A DNA stretch of 33,580 nucleotides from a bacterium (lineage in GTDB: Bacteria > Patescibacteriota > Minisyncoccia > Minisyncoccales > JANBVM01). The stretch's first letter is position 1, and each line of letters starts with the position of its first letter. The notes beneath the pieces were generated by a model. The model searched no databases and was not told the origin of the DNA. It was given only the letters and a program-made list of their open reading frames with translations. Location: assembly GCA_030591065.1 (NCBI GenBank), contig JAUVBU010000001.1:1-33580 (forward strand). The letters run 5' to 3'. Shown piece after piece: positions 9,294 to 19,936 of the stretch. Both the position numbers and the translations under genes were made by a program.

Positions 9294-9584
9294 ATGAACA
9301 TAAAACCTTTGGCAGATTATATTTTAATCGAACCAGTAAAAGAAGAAGAGAAAACAAAGTCCGGAATTTTTTTACCAGAAACAGCTAATAAAGAAAGACC
9401 TGAGCAAGGCAATGTTATTGCTGTAGGTCCTGGAAAAAGAAATAAAACCGGACAAGTTATTCCTATGGATGTAAAAGTAGGACAAACAGTTTTATTTACA
9501 AAATACGGTCCAAACGAAATAAAGGTTGATGGTAAGGAATACCTTATCGCAAAAGAAGAAGATATTTTAGCAATAGTAGAATAA
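9294..9584 (+). CDS. groES: co-chaperonin GroES (start at MNIKPL rather than the GTG-extended ORF)
   Basis: [31 protein letters not shown]...[20 protein letters not shown] is the canonical GroES sequence. Confidence 0.9.
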   Translation: MNIKPLADYILIEPVKEEEKTKSGIFLPETANKERPEQGNVIAVGPGKRNKTGQVIPMDVKVGQTVLFTKYGPNEIKVDGKEYLIAKEEDILAIVE

Positions 9585-9673
9585 AAAATATTTCCTAAAA
9601 TATAAAAACACGAATTTTACTATTTACTTTACTAGATATCTTTAAGATAAAAATGGCAAAGAAAAATAGATAA

Positions 9674-11377
<1,704 letters not shown>

Positions 11378-11574
11378 GCTTATTTCGTTTAAACTGTCCC
11401 CGTTGTTAATAATAAGTTTCTATTTTTTCTTTAATCTTAATATAAGGTTACAGAATATCTTAGAGGCTTTAACTTAACAATGGGGGCTTTAATTAGAGTT
11501 AAAATTAAGATATAATTTAAACAGAAAAGGTCAGATTTTTAATTTAAAAATATAAATACTTAATTATTTAAAAT

Positions 11575-12123
11575 ATGATTTATATTATTTTAGGTGTATT
11601 AGTTGCTTTTGTTTTTTGGATAATTCTTATCTATAACGGATTGGTAAAACTTAAAAATAGAGCAAAAGAAGCTTGGGCTGACATCGATGTTCAGCTTAAA
11701 AGGAGATATAATTTAATCCCAAATTTAGTAGAAACAGTAAAGGGATACGCTTCTCACGAAAAGGGTCTTTTCGAAAAAGTAGCAGAAGCTCGTTCTAGAG
11801 CAATGGGAGCTACCGATATGAAGGAGCGACAAGAAGCAGAAAATGTTTTGTCCGGTACTCTTAAAAGTATTATTGCAATTTCCGAAAGTTATCCCGATCT
11901 TAAGGCCTCTCAAAATTTTTTAGAACTCCAAAGAGAGCTTCGAGATACCGAAGATAAAGTTCAGGCTTCTAGGAGATTTTACAACACAAACGTACGAGAC
12001 TTAAATATTAAGATTGAAAGTTTTCCAGCAAATGTTTTTGTTCCTTCTTTTGGTTTTAAAAAGATGGATTTATTTGAATTAACAGAGCCAGAAGAAAGAG
12101 AAGCACCAAAAGTAAAATTTTAA
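11575..12123 (+). CDS. lemA: LemA family membrane protein
   Basis: N-terminal TM helix, then NGLVKLKNRAKEAWADIDVQLKRRYNLIPNLVETVKGYASHEK, which matches the LemA family. Confidence 0.8.
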   Translation: MIYIILGVLVAFVFWIILIYNGLVKLKNRAKEAWADIDVQLKRRYNLIPNLVETVKGYASHEKGLFEKVAEARSRAMGATDMKERQEAENVLSGTLKSIIAISESYPDLKASQNFLELQRELRDTEDKVQASRRFYNTNVRDLNIKIESFPANVFVPSFGFKKMDLFELTEPEEREAPKVKF

Positions 12124-12190
12124 GATAAAGAATAAACCCTGAAATAATTTTTTAGCATTTTGTTTTCGGAATTTTGACATTAAAAAATAT

Positions 12191-12207
12191 AGATAATTTA
12201 ATTATCT
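12191..12207. promoter_or_regulatory. perfect 17-bp palindrome AGATAATT-T-AATTATCT between a TTGACA promoter-like element and the htpX start; candidate operator
   Basis: Seen directly in the sequence; 18 nt upstream of the htpX ATG, with TTGACA at about 12174. Confidence 0.35.
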
Positions 12208-12224
12208 AGATTATTAACTTGTAA

Positions 12225-13124
12225 ATGACCTCACCTAACCTATATACTCAAGCGGACTCCAACGTTTATAAAACGTGGTTTTTACTTACGTTTTTTTTAG
12301 TTTTCGTTATTTTTTTAGGATGGCTCTTTAGTTCTATTTTAGATAATAATGTTTTTTTAATTATAGCGATTATTTTAAGTATTTCACAAAGTATTGCTGG
12401 TTATTGGTATTCCGATAAAATTGTTTTAGCTATGGCTGGGGCTTCTCTTATTGAAAAAAAAGATAGTCCAGAACTCTACCGAATCGTAGAAAACCTTTCT
12501 ATTACAGCTGGATTACCTATTCCTAAGATTTATATTATTAATGAGTCTCAGCCCAATGCGTTTGCAACAGGAAGAGATGCTAAGCATGCTGTTGTTGCGG
12601 TTACAAAAGGTCTTTTAGAAAAACTAGACAGATCAGAATTAGAAGGAGTTCTTGCTCACGAATTGGCTCATATTGGAAATAAAGATATGCTTTTAGGAAC
12701 AGTTGTGGTAGTATTGGTAGGAGTAATTTCCTTGCTCTCCAGAATGTTCTTAAGGTCTGGAGCTTTAAGTAGAAGAAATTCAAAGAGCTCAAGAAACGCA
12801 GGTGGACTCATTGGCATCCTAGGTCTTGTTGGAGCCATTTTATCTCCGATAGTAGCTTTATTTATTCAGTTGGCAATTTCAAGAAAAAGGGAGTTTCTAG
12901 CTGATGCTACGGGAGCTCTTTTGACTAGGTATCCAGAAGGCTTAGCTAGTGCATTAGAAAAGATTTCTCAAGATAACACTCCTATTAGAAAAACAGATAG
13001 ATCAATTGCTCATTTATATATTTCTAGTCCTTTTAAGGGAAAAAATTCAATAGGAAAGCTTTTTTCTACTCATCCTCCGGCAGAAGAGAGAATAAAAATT
13101 TTAAGAGGAATGGAAGTTAAATAA
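12225..13124 (+). CDS. htpX: M48-family zinc metalloprotease HtpX
   Basis: Two N-terminal TM helices, the HELAHIGNKDM zinc motif (HExxH) and two further TM helices; 299 aa. Confidence 0.8.
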   Translation: MTSPNLYTQADSNVYKTWFLLTFFLVFVIFLGWLFSSILDNNVFLIIAIILSISQSIAGYWYSDKIVLAMAGASLIEKKDSPELYRIVENLSITAGLPIPKIYIINESQPNAFATGRDAKHAVVAVTKGLLEKLDRSELEGVLAHELAHIGNKDMLLGTVVVVLVGVISLLSRMFLRSGALSRRNSKSSRNAGGLIGILGLVGAILSPIVALFIQLAISRKREFLADATGALLTRYPEGLASALEKISQDNTPIRKTDRSIAHLYISSPFKGKNSIGKLFSTHPPAEERIKILRGMEVK

Positions 13125-13142
13125 CTTGGATTTGTATAGGGT

Positions 13143-13229
13143 GGAGGGGTTCCAGAGAGGCCGAATGGGCTTGCTTGGAAAGCAAGTGTATGGGAAACCG
13201 TACCGTGAGTTCGAATCTCACCCCCTCCG
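13143..13229 (+). tRNA. tRNA-Ser, anticodon GGA, type II; CCA not encoded
   Basis: Acceptor stem GGAGGGG/CCCCTCC, anticodon stem CTTGC/GCAAG with loop TTGGAAA, long variable stem-loop GTATGG-GAAA-CCGTAC, and T-arm GTGAG-TTCGAAT-CTCAC. The antisense 66-aa ORF 13070..13270 is an artefact of this tRNA. Confidence 0.8.
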
Positions 13230-13256
13230 CTTTGTACAAATTTATCTTTATTTTTT

Positions 13257-13892
13257 ATGGATAAAAACAATTCATTAATAATGGTTGTGAATAAAAAGCA
13301 TCTTTTTCAAGATGATAGTTTTCAAGGATTTAAACCTAATCAAAACGGAAAATACATTTCAAGGATACTTAAAAATTTTGAATATATAAAAAGAGGGGTA
13401 GCCGAAAAGAGCACAATATATAAGCAACCGATAGGATATTGTTTAATTGTAAACCCTACTTCAAAAAAGATATTTGCTTACGAGAGGGCTTTAAAGAAGT
13501 CTAGATCTTTTGAGAAAAGATTACATGGAAAATGGTCTTTTGGAGTGGGTGGACATATTGAAAAAACAGATGCAAAAAATAATAATCCTATTTTAGCGAG
13601 CCTATTAAGAGAATTAGAAGAAGAAGTTTCTTTTAATGTGCTAGGAGAGCCTAAATTATTAGGATATATTAACGATGACGAAACTGACGTTGGTAAAGTT
13701 CATTTCGGAATATTATATGTTTTTGAAACTGACTCAACTGAAGTTTTTCCAAAAGGGCTAGAAATTCAATCTGGTGAATTAGCTCCAATCGAAAAACTAG
13801 AGAACATTTGTTTTTCCTCTCATTTTAACGTTGAGAGCTGGTCAAAGATTTCACTTAATCCCTTAAAGTCATATTTATCACATTTAATTTAA
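13257..13892 (+). CDS. Nudix-like hydrolase with an unusually long insertion inside the Nudix box
   Basis: GKWSFGVGGHIE ...(15-aa insert)... LLRELEEEVSF resembles GX5EX7REUXEEXGU with an insertion after the first Glu. The start of the ORF overlaps the tRNA end, so the true start may be later. Confidence 0.4.
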   Translation: MDKNNSLIMVVNKKHLFQDDSFQGFKPNQNGKYISRILKNFEYIKRGVAEKSTIYKQPIGYCLIVNPTSKKIFAYERALKKSRSFEKRLHGKWSFGVGGHIEKTDAKNNNPILASLLRELEEEVSFNVLGEPKLLGYINDDETDVGKVHFGILYVFETDSTEVFPKGLEIQSGELAPIEKLENICFSSHFNVESWSKISLNPLKSYLSHLI

Positions 13893-13898
13893 AAAAAA

Positions 13899-14447
13899 AT
13901 GATAAACATAACTAGTGCAGAAATTAGTAATCTTACTCAAAATATAATAACTTGGGTTTTAGCTCATGGAATTAAAATTGTTCTTATTTTAATTACCACT
14001 GTTTTAATAAATCGTTTTCTAAAAACCTTTATTGAAAAATCTATAACAGGACGGGTTGAAGATAAGATATTAGGTGTTGACGGAAAAAAGAGAGGAGAAA
14101 CACTAATAAGTATATTTGAAGGAACTTTTAAGTTTATATCTTGGATAATAGCTTTTTTGATGATTTTACCCGAACTTGGTGTTGAAGTTGCTCCGCTTTT
14201 AGCTGGGGTAGGGGTAATTGGATTAGCTATTGGTATGGCAGCAAGGGGTATCGTTTCAGACTTTTTATCTGGATTATTTATTATTATAGAAAATCAATAT
14301 TATATAGGGGATCGAGTTAAAATTGCTGGGATAGAGGGTATAGTAAAAGAAATAACGTTAAGGAGAACAATAATAGAGGACGAAAACGGCACCTCTCATT
14401 TAATTCCAAACAGTAAAATAACTATTGTTTCTAAAAAAAATAAATAA
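13899..14447 (+). CDS. small MscS-family mechanosensitive channel (minimal 182-aa form)
   Basis: Pore-helix region GLAIGMAARGIVSDFLSGLFIIIENQYYIGDRVKIAGIEGIVKEITLRRTIIEDENGTSHLIPNS matches the MscS TM3 / beta-domain pattern. Confidence 0.65.
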   Translation: MINITSAEISNLTQNIITWVLAHGIKIVLILITTVLINRFLKTFIEKSITGRVEDKILGVDGKKRGETLISIFEGTFKFISWIIAFLMILPELGVEVAPLLAGVGVIGLAIGMAARGIVSDFLSGLFIIIENQYYIGDRVKIAGIEGIVKEITLRRTIIEDENGTSHLIPNSKITIVSKKNK

Positions 14448-14452
14448 CTATT

Positions 14453-15610
14453 ATGTTTCTTGATTATTTTAAAAAAAGAGCAATAAGAGGGAAAGCTTTA
14501 AAAGAAATTAAACAACTAAAAGATAAAAAAGGGTTTTTAAAAGCGGGTATTCCCAAATTCTCCCGTCTTTTTGGTAGAGATTCATTAATTTCTGCAGCTC
14601 AAATGTTAGATAAAAATCCCGGTATTTGCCAAGCTACCCTTGAAGTTCTTTCTCAACTTCAAGGAAAGGTATTTAATGACGAGAGAGAAGAAGAGCCCGG
14701 AAAAATAATTCACGAAACTGAACTGGAAAAATCTGGACACTCAAAGGGTAGGCTTCTTTTTCCTTATTATGGTTCAGTTGATTCTACTCCGTTATTTTTA
14801 ATATTATTTTCCCTCTATTATAGAAGAACAAGAAATATTAAATTTTTAAACAGTCATTGGAAAAAGATTTTAATGGCTTTAAATTGGATGGAAGAATATG
14901 GAGATAAAGATAAAGATCTTTTTTTGGAATATCAAAGAAAAAGTCAAAAAGGACTTTTTCACCAAGGATGGAAAGATAGTTTCGAAAACCATTTAAAAGT
15001 TAAACCTCCAGTTTCTTTAGTCGAAGCTCAGGGTTATCAATATTTAGCCTTAAAAGAAAGTGCTTACTTAGCTGATATAAAGGAAGATTGGGATTTAGAG
15101 AAAAAACTTAAAAAAAGAGCCGAAAAATTAAAAGAAAAATTTAATAAAGAGTTTTGGATGAAAGATAAAAAATATTTTGCTCTAGCTTTAAATAAAGATA
15201 AAAAACAAAGAAAGGTTATTACGTCAAACCCAGGACATCTACTTTTTACAGGAATAATAGGAATATCTAAGGCCAACTTAGTCGTAAAAAGACTATTTCA
15301 AAAAGACCTCTTTACTCCTTTTGGTATTAGAACACACTCTTCTCTTGAGTCTGATTTTGATGCTAAATCTTATCATCTAGGTGCAGTTTGGCCACACGAC
15401 AACTGGATTATAGCTCAAGGGTTGAAAAAAATGGGGTATAAAGAAGAATATCTAAAAATAAAAAAAGCTATTTTATTAGCTTATGAAGAATTAGGTTTTT
15501 TGCCTGAATTTTACGGTGTAATTAATGGAAAAATTACTCTAAAAATGAGAAAAGAGCCTTGTTATCCTCAGGCTTGGGCGTCTGGAACACTGGTTAGTCT
15601 GTTTTCTTAA
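14453..15610 (+). CDS. (alpha/alpha)6-barrel glycoside hydrolase, amylo-alpha-1,6-glucosidase (GDE_C / GH15-GH63 clan)-like
   Basis: FGRDSLISA, EPGKIIHE, GSVDSTPLF, HQGWKDS and LGAVWPHDNW resemble the conserved motifs of debranching-enzyme C-domain / GH63-like hydrolases. Substrate unknown. Confidence 0.5.
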   Translation: MFLDYFKKRAIRGKALKEIKQLKDKKGFLKAGIPKFSRLFGRDSLISAAQMLDKNPGICQATLEVLSQLQGKVFNDEREEEPGKIIHETELEKSGHSKGRLLFPYYGSVDSTPLFLILFSLYYRRTRNIKFLNSHWKKILMALNWMEEYGDKDKDLFLEYQRKSQKGLFHQGWKDSFENHLKVKPPVSLVEAQGYQYLALKESAYLADIKEDWDLEKKLKKRAEKLKEKFNKEFWMKDKKYFALALNKDKKQRKVITSNPGHLLFTGIIGISKANLVVKRLFQKDLFTPFGIRTHSSLESDFDAKSYHLGAVWPHDNWIIAQGLKKMGYKEEYLKIKKAILLAYEELGFLPEFYGVINGKITLKMRKEPCYPQAWASGTLVSLFS

Positions 15611-15624
15611 ACATACTATTGTAA

Positions 15625-16596
15625 TTATATCTCTATAATTTTATTAAAACCTAAAGAGCAACCCTGAAGAAGTCTTTTAAAAAAACTTCTTCTTTTTTTT
15701 AGAAGTTGAGCTTTTATTTCTTTGGGCTTAGCCTCTAGTCCTCCGACTGCTAAATAAAAAATTATAATAGGAAAAAGTTTTTTAAATATAACCTTTTCTT
15801 TTTTAGAAAGAAGATTTATGTAGGTTTTGAGAAAAGTATTTCTTATAGGTTTTTTTGCTTGCCAAAAATGAGTAAATAAATATGCTACATCAAAAGCAAA
15901 ACTATTAATTTGAATTAACTCCCAATCTATAATTTTCAATTTTCCTTTTGAAATTATTATATTGCCAAGATTTAAGTCTCCGTGACAAAAATATTTACTT
16001 TCTTTTTTTAATAAAGCTTCGTTTTCTTTAAATAGCTTTATTATCTTATTTGCCTCTTTTTTATTAAGAACTTTTTTTTCTATCAAGGAAGAAATAAGAT
16101 TAATAGAATCTAAGTAATTTTCAGCTGGGAACTTTTCTAGCTTCACGTTTTTTAAAGATAAGAGTGAAACTTTTTTTATCTTATAAAGCGCTTGAGCTAT
16201 TAGTTCGGCGTTATTTTTAGTCACATTCTTTTTTAATTGTTCGTTTTTTCCGAGAGGGGATGTTAAAAAATATTCTCTAGTAAGCCATTCAAAACTTTTC
16301 TCTTTTTTTCCAAAATATATTTTAGGGAGATGCTCTGAAACTTCAAAAACTTCTTTTTTTGTTGTCTTTAAAAAAGAAGTCTCGCGTAACATTTTCTTTT
16401 TTGCATCAAGATTTTTGTGTAGTCTTGCATAGAAAAGAACCCTCTCTTTTTTAGAGTTAAAACATAACGAGGAGTATCTATGTTTATTACCCTTCGTTTT
16501 CTTAATAAAATTTTTAGGAGAAACAACGGGTTTTAGTTCTAGTTTTTTTAGAACAAAATCAATCTTTCGGTTGATATTTGGAATTAAATTGTCCAC
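15625..16596 (-). CDS. APH / choline-kinase-family small-molecule kinase (phosphotransferase enzyme family)
   Basis: The catalytic loop FCHGDLNLGNIII and LKIIDWE (Brenner HGDxxxxN and DxE) are present; 323 aa. Confidence 0.65.
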   Translation of the reverse strand: MDNLIPNINRKIDFVLKKLELKPVVSPKNFIKKTKGNKHRYSSLCFNSKKERVLFYARLHKNLDAKKKMLRETSFLKTTKKEVFEVSEHLPKIYFGKKEKSFEWLTREYFLTSPLGKNEQLKKNVTKNNAELIAQALYKIKKVSLLSLKNVKLEKFPAENYLDSINLISSLIEKKVLNKKEANKIIKLFKENEALLKKESKYFCHGDLNLGNIIISKGKLKIIDWELIQINSFAFDVAYLFTHFWQAKKPIRNTFLKTYINLLSKKEKVIFKKLFPIIIFYLAVGGLEAKPKEIKAQLLKKRRSFFKRLLQGCSLGFNKIIEI

Positions 16597-16668
16597 ACCC
16601 TTTAGGCTATGGTTTTATCCGATAGCCTTAAAATTATTTATTCTATTTTAACTTAGCTCTTTTTTGTT

Positions 16669-17778
16669 TTATTTCTGCTTGGACGCAATTTTTAGAAAAA
16701 CCTTTTCATATCCATCTATCATTGCTTCAATGCTAAATTTCTCTTGCACCCTATCTCGACAATCTTTTCTGTTAATTTGATCAATCTTTTTGATTGCTTT
16801 TACCATTCCATTTAAATTTTTTACTATAAAACCTGTTTTTCCATGAGCTATTACTTCGCGAGCTGACCCACGATCAAAGGTGATAACTGGTGTTCCGCAA
16901 GCCATAGCCTCTATAAAGGTTAATCCAAAAGCTTCTTCCCATCGAATTGGGCACAAAAGAGCTTTTGCTTGGTTGTAATATTTATAGGTAAGATTATATG
17001 GGATGTTTCCTACGTATCGAATATCTTTATTTAGGTATGGTTTTATTTTTTTATCCCAATATCTTCCTTCGGCTGGTATTCCGGCAATAAGAAGCTTCTC
17101 TTTCGCCTTTAAACTTGCTTGGACAGCTATATCAACTCCTTTAACTGGAATTATTCTTCCTAGGAATAAAAGAGAATCTTTAGGTTTTTCATTAAACGGA
17201 AAAAGATTTAAGTCAATTCCATTATAAACAGTAGCTGCATAGTTTAGTTTTGGAGCAGGCTTTCTTTGAGCATTAGATATTGATACAAAGTGTTGATTTT
17301 TAGAAGAGAACATCTTGAAAACTTCTGCTCGCCAAGGATAAATAGGGTCATGTACCGTATAAACAACTGGAATTTTTTGAAAAGCTAGAGCAAAGGGCAT
17401 TACCCTGTCGAGGGGGTGAGTATGAAGAATATCAAACTTTTCTTTTATCGCCGTCTTATACATTAAGGAGATAAAGTATTGATCCCACAAAGAGAAAAGT
17501 TTATTGGTTTCGGTTTTAGCATGAGGGCCAGATAAAATCTTTAGATTTTTCTTACCAGAGATTCCGTGAAGGGGTTTTACTTTTCCAGTAATTACTTTGG
17601 TAACTTTTAGTTTAGAACCTTCTGGAGCAAAGAAGTAAACCTCATGACCTCTTTTTTTTAAGCCTTCTGCTACTGCCTTAGCAATAAGCATGGGAGCATA
17701 AATAATTCCTTTTGGTTCGGGAACAGTATAATGACCAGTTATCATCATACCAATTTTCAGTTTCTTTTTTTTAACCAT
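16669..17778 (-). CDS. GT4-family (GT-B fold) glycosyltransferase, paralog 1 of 3
   Basis: EAFGLTFIEAMACGTPVITFDRGSAREVI (E-x7-E donor-binding motif) and the shared C-terminal tail KKIDQINRKDCRDRV..F. Confidence 0.75.
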   Translation of the reverse strand: MVKKKKLKIGMMITGHYTVPEPKGIIYAPMLIAKAVAEGLKKRGHEVYFFAPEGSKLKVTKVITGKVKPLHGISGKKNLKILSGPHAKTETNKLFSLWDQYFISLMYKTAIKEKFDILHTHPLDRVMPFALAFQKIPVVYTVHDPIYPWRAEVFKMFSSKNQHFVSISNAQRKPAPKLNYAATVYNGIDLNLFPFNEKPKDSLLFLGRIIPVKGVDIAVQASLKAKEKLLIAGIPAEGRYWDKKIKPYLNKDIRYVGNIPYNLTYKYYNQAKALLCPIRWEEAFGLTFIEAMACGTPVITFDRGSAREVIAHGKTGFIVKNLNGMVKAIKKIDQINRKDCRDRVQEKFSIEAMIDGYEKVFLKIASKQK

Positions 17779-17779
17779 A

Positions 17780-18868
17780 TTATTTACCAGCTAATTTGTA
17801 ATAGAGTTTTTCGTATTCGTCTGTCATTTTCTGATAAGTGAAATTATCATCTACCCATCTTCGGCAATCACTTCTCTCGATTTGATCAATCTTCTTAATT
17901 GCTTCAACCAACCCTTGAATATTCTTTTTACCATTTTTATCTTCCATAGGAAGAACAAATCCGGTTTTTCCGTCTTTTACAACTTCAGAAACAGAACCTT
18001 TGTCAAAAGCAATAACAGGGGTTCCGCAAGCCATAGACTCGGCCATAATTAATCCAAATGGTTCGTGCCATTCTATTGGATAAAGGCAGGCGATAGCATT
18101 ACCGTAAAAATCAGAAAGCTGATCTTGTGATAATTCTCCTATGTACTTAATTTTATTATTAAGTCGAGGCTTTATCTTTTCTTTAAAGTAACCTTCGCTA
18201 TCTGGATCTAATCTTCCAGCTAAGACTAAATTAATTCCGGTTCTTTCTGCAGCCTCAATAGCATTTTCTATTCCCTTATAAGGGTCAATACGGGCAATCC
18301 ATACAAAATGATTTTTTGGTTTTGGATAGAACTTATATTGAGAAGTATCTATTCCGTTATATACAATAGATTGATGAGGAAACTTTATTGGACAAAGAGA
18401 TCTCTGAGATTTAGATATAAAGCAACCATACATGTCTTTTTTATGAAGCTCAAACATTTTAAGCCTAGTAGGGAATAAGTCTGGATTAGTGATAGAAGAC
18501 AGATAAAGGGGGTTATGAAAAGTATGTAACATAGGAGTTTTAACTAATTCTTGAAAGAATAGTGGCCATAAATCTAAATGAGCGTGTATTACATCAAAAT
18601 CTTTTGCTTGTCTTAAGGCACGAGATATATTTTCTAAATTCCAAAAAGGATCCGTCCAAGGAATATTATCTTTTTTAAGGGCTCTAGGACGAACAGAAAC
18701 AAGCTTAGCTTTTGTTTTAGAATCACCAGAAGCAAATAGTGTTACGTCGTGACCTCTTTTTATTAATTCTTCTGTTAAATAATGCACAACCCTTTCTATT
18801 CCACCGTATTTTTCTGGTGGAACACTAATCCATAATGGTGATATTTGAGCAATTTTGAGTTTTTTCAT
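17780..18868 (-). CDS. GT4-family glycosyltransferase, paralog 2 of 3
   Basis: N-terminal IAQISPLWISVPPEKYGGIERVV...GHDVTLFASGDS; EPFGLIMAESMACGTPVIAFDKGSVSEVV; tail KKIDQIERSDCRRWV. Confidence 0.75.
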   Translation of the reverse strand: MKKLKIAQISPLWISVPPEKYGGIERVVHYLTEELIKRGHDVTLFASGDSKTKAKLVSVRPRALKKDNIPWTDPFWNLENISRALRQAKDFDVIHAHLDLWPLFFQELVKTPMLHTFHNPLYLSSITNPDLFPTRLKMFELHKKDMYGCFISKSQRSLCPIKFPHQSIVYNGIDTSQYKFYPKPKNHFVWIARIDPYKGIENAIEAAERTGINLVLAGRLDPDSEGYFKEKIKPRLNNKIKYIGELSQDQLSDFYGNAIACLYPIEWHEPFGLIMAESMACGTPVIAFDKGSVSEVVKDGKTGFVLPMEDKNGKKNIQGLVEAIKKIDQIERSDCRRWVDDNFTYQKMTDEYEKLYYKLAGK

Positions 18869-18904
18869 CTTTTTTTATTAATTTATTAAGTTTATATTTT
18901 TTTA

Positions 18905-19936
18905 TTAATTATTTTCCGATTTCTTTTTCAATTTTTTGTAAAGTTTTTCGTATCTATTAACCATTCTTTTTAGATTGAAGTTTTTATTAATATGATCTCT
19001 ACAATCTGCCCTAGAAATGGTTTTAATTTTTTTAAGAGCCTGACAAGCTTCTTCGACCGAATTAACTAAAAAGCCAGTTTTACCATCTTTAATTAACTCA
19101 GGCATTGCCCCTTCTTTGTAGGCAATAACCGGAGTGCCACAAGCCATAGCTTCTATAACTACTAACCCAAAAGGTTCCGCTCTTTTTACGGGGAAGATAA
19201 AAGCTTTAGCGTTTTTAACAAGTTCTATTTTCTTTTTAAAGTCTGAGGCGCCTACAAATTGAATTTTTTTACCATCAATTAAAGGTTTAATTCTAAAATT
19301 AAAATATTCTGCATAGGCTGGCAAAATATTTCCAGAGATAATAAGATTTTCTTTACTTAATTTAGCAATATCGATTGCTTCAGCTATTCCTTTTCCAGGA
19401 CAGATTTTAGATAACCAGAGAACATAATCCTTTGGCTTTTCGTTAAAGGGATATCTTTCTAGTGGTAGTCCGTGATAAATTGTTTTGAGAATATTTAATC
19501 CAGGACCAGACCTTCTTTGATTTTCTGAAATAGAAATATAATTTACGTTTGGAAATCTTTTATAGAGAATTCTCGTCTCTTCGTTTAAGGGATGATGGAG
19601 AGTTGTTATTATCGGTGGCTTTAAAAGTTTAGTGTAAGCACTAGTATAAAACTCACAATGATCGTGAATAATGTCAAAATTGTTTTGAAGTGATATTAAT
19701 TTTTCGTAAAGAAGAGCATAAACAGCATGGGGAGCTTTTAACTTTGCTCTCCATAAAGATTTCGGCCAAATAGGAACTAGTTTAGCTGAAGTTTTTGAAT
19801 CTTCTGTGGCAAAAAGAGTGACTTCATGACCCCTTCTAGTTAGTTCGTCGCAAAGCCAAGAAACTACAAGTTCGGTTCCGCCATAGGTATGTGGGGGGAC
19901 AGGAATCCAAAGCGGGGCAATTTGAGCGATACGCAT
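18905..19936 (-). CDS. GT4-family glycosyltransferase, paralog 3 of 3
   Basis: IAQIAPLWIPVPPHTYGGTELVV...GHEVTLFATEDS; EPFGLVVIEAMACGTPVIAYKEGAMPELI; tail KKIKTISRADCRDHI. Confidence 0.75.
   Translation of the reverse strand: MRIAQIAPLWIPVPPHTYGGTELVVSWLCDELTRRGHEVTLFATEDSKTSAKLVPIWPKSLWRAKLKAPHAVYALLYEKLISLQNNFDIIHDHCEFYTSAYTKLLKPPIITTLHHPLNEETRILYKRFPNVNYISISENQRRSGPGLNILKTIYHGLPLERYPFNEKPKDYVLWLSKICPGKGIAEAIDIAKLSKENLIISGNILPAYAEYFNFRIKPLIDGKKIQFVGASDFKKKIELVKNAKAFIFPVKRAEPFGLVVIEAMACGTPVIAYKEGAMPELIKDGKTGFLVNSVEEACQALKKIKTISRADCRDHINKNFNLKRMVNRYEKLYKKLKKKSENN

Noticed and set aside
13070-13270. 66-aa minus-strand ORF (..GGGEIRTHGTVSHTLAFQASPFGLSGTPP..)
   Set aside because: It lies exactly antisense to tRNA-Ser(GGA). 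The EIRTHG / GLSGTPP-type peptides are the well-known signature of translating tRNA genes.
16597-16668. Hairpin AGGCTAT-N11-ATAGCCT between the kinase and the first GT gene as a terminator
   Set aside because: The genes are on the minus strand and no U-run follows the hairpin in that orientation, so it is at most a weak or structural element.
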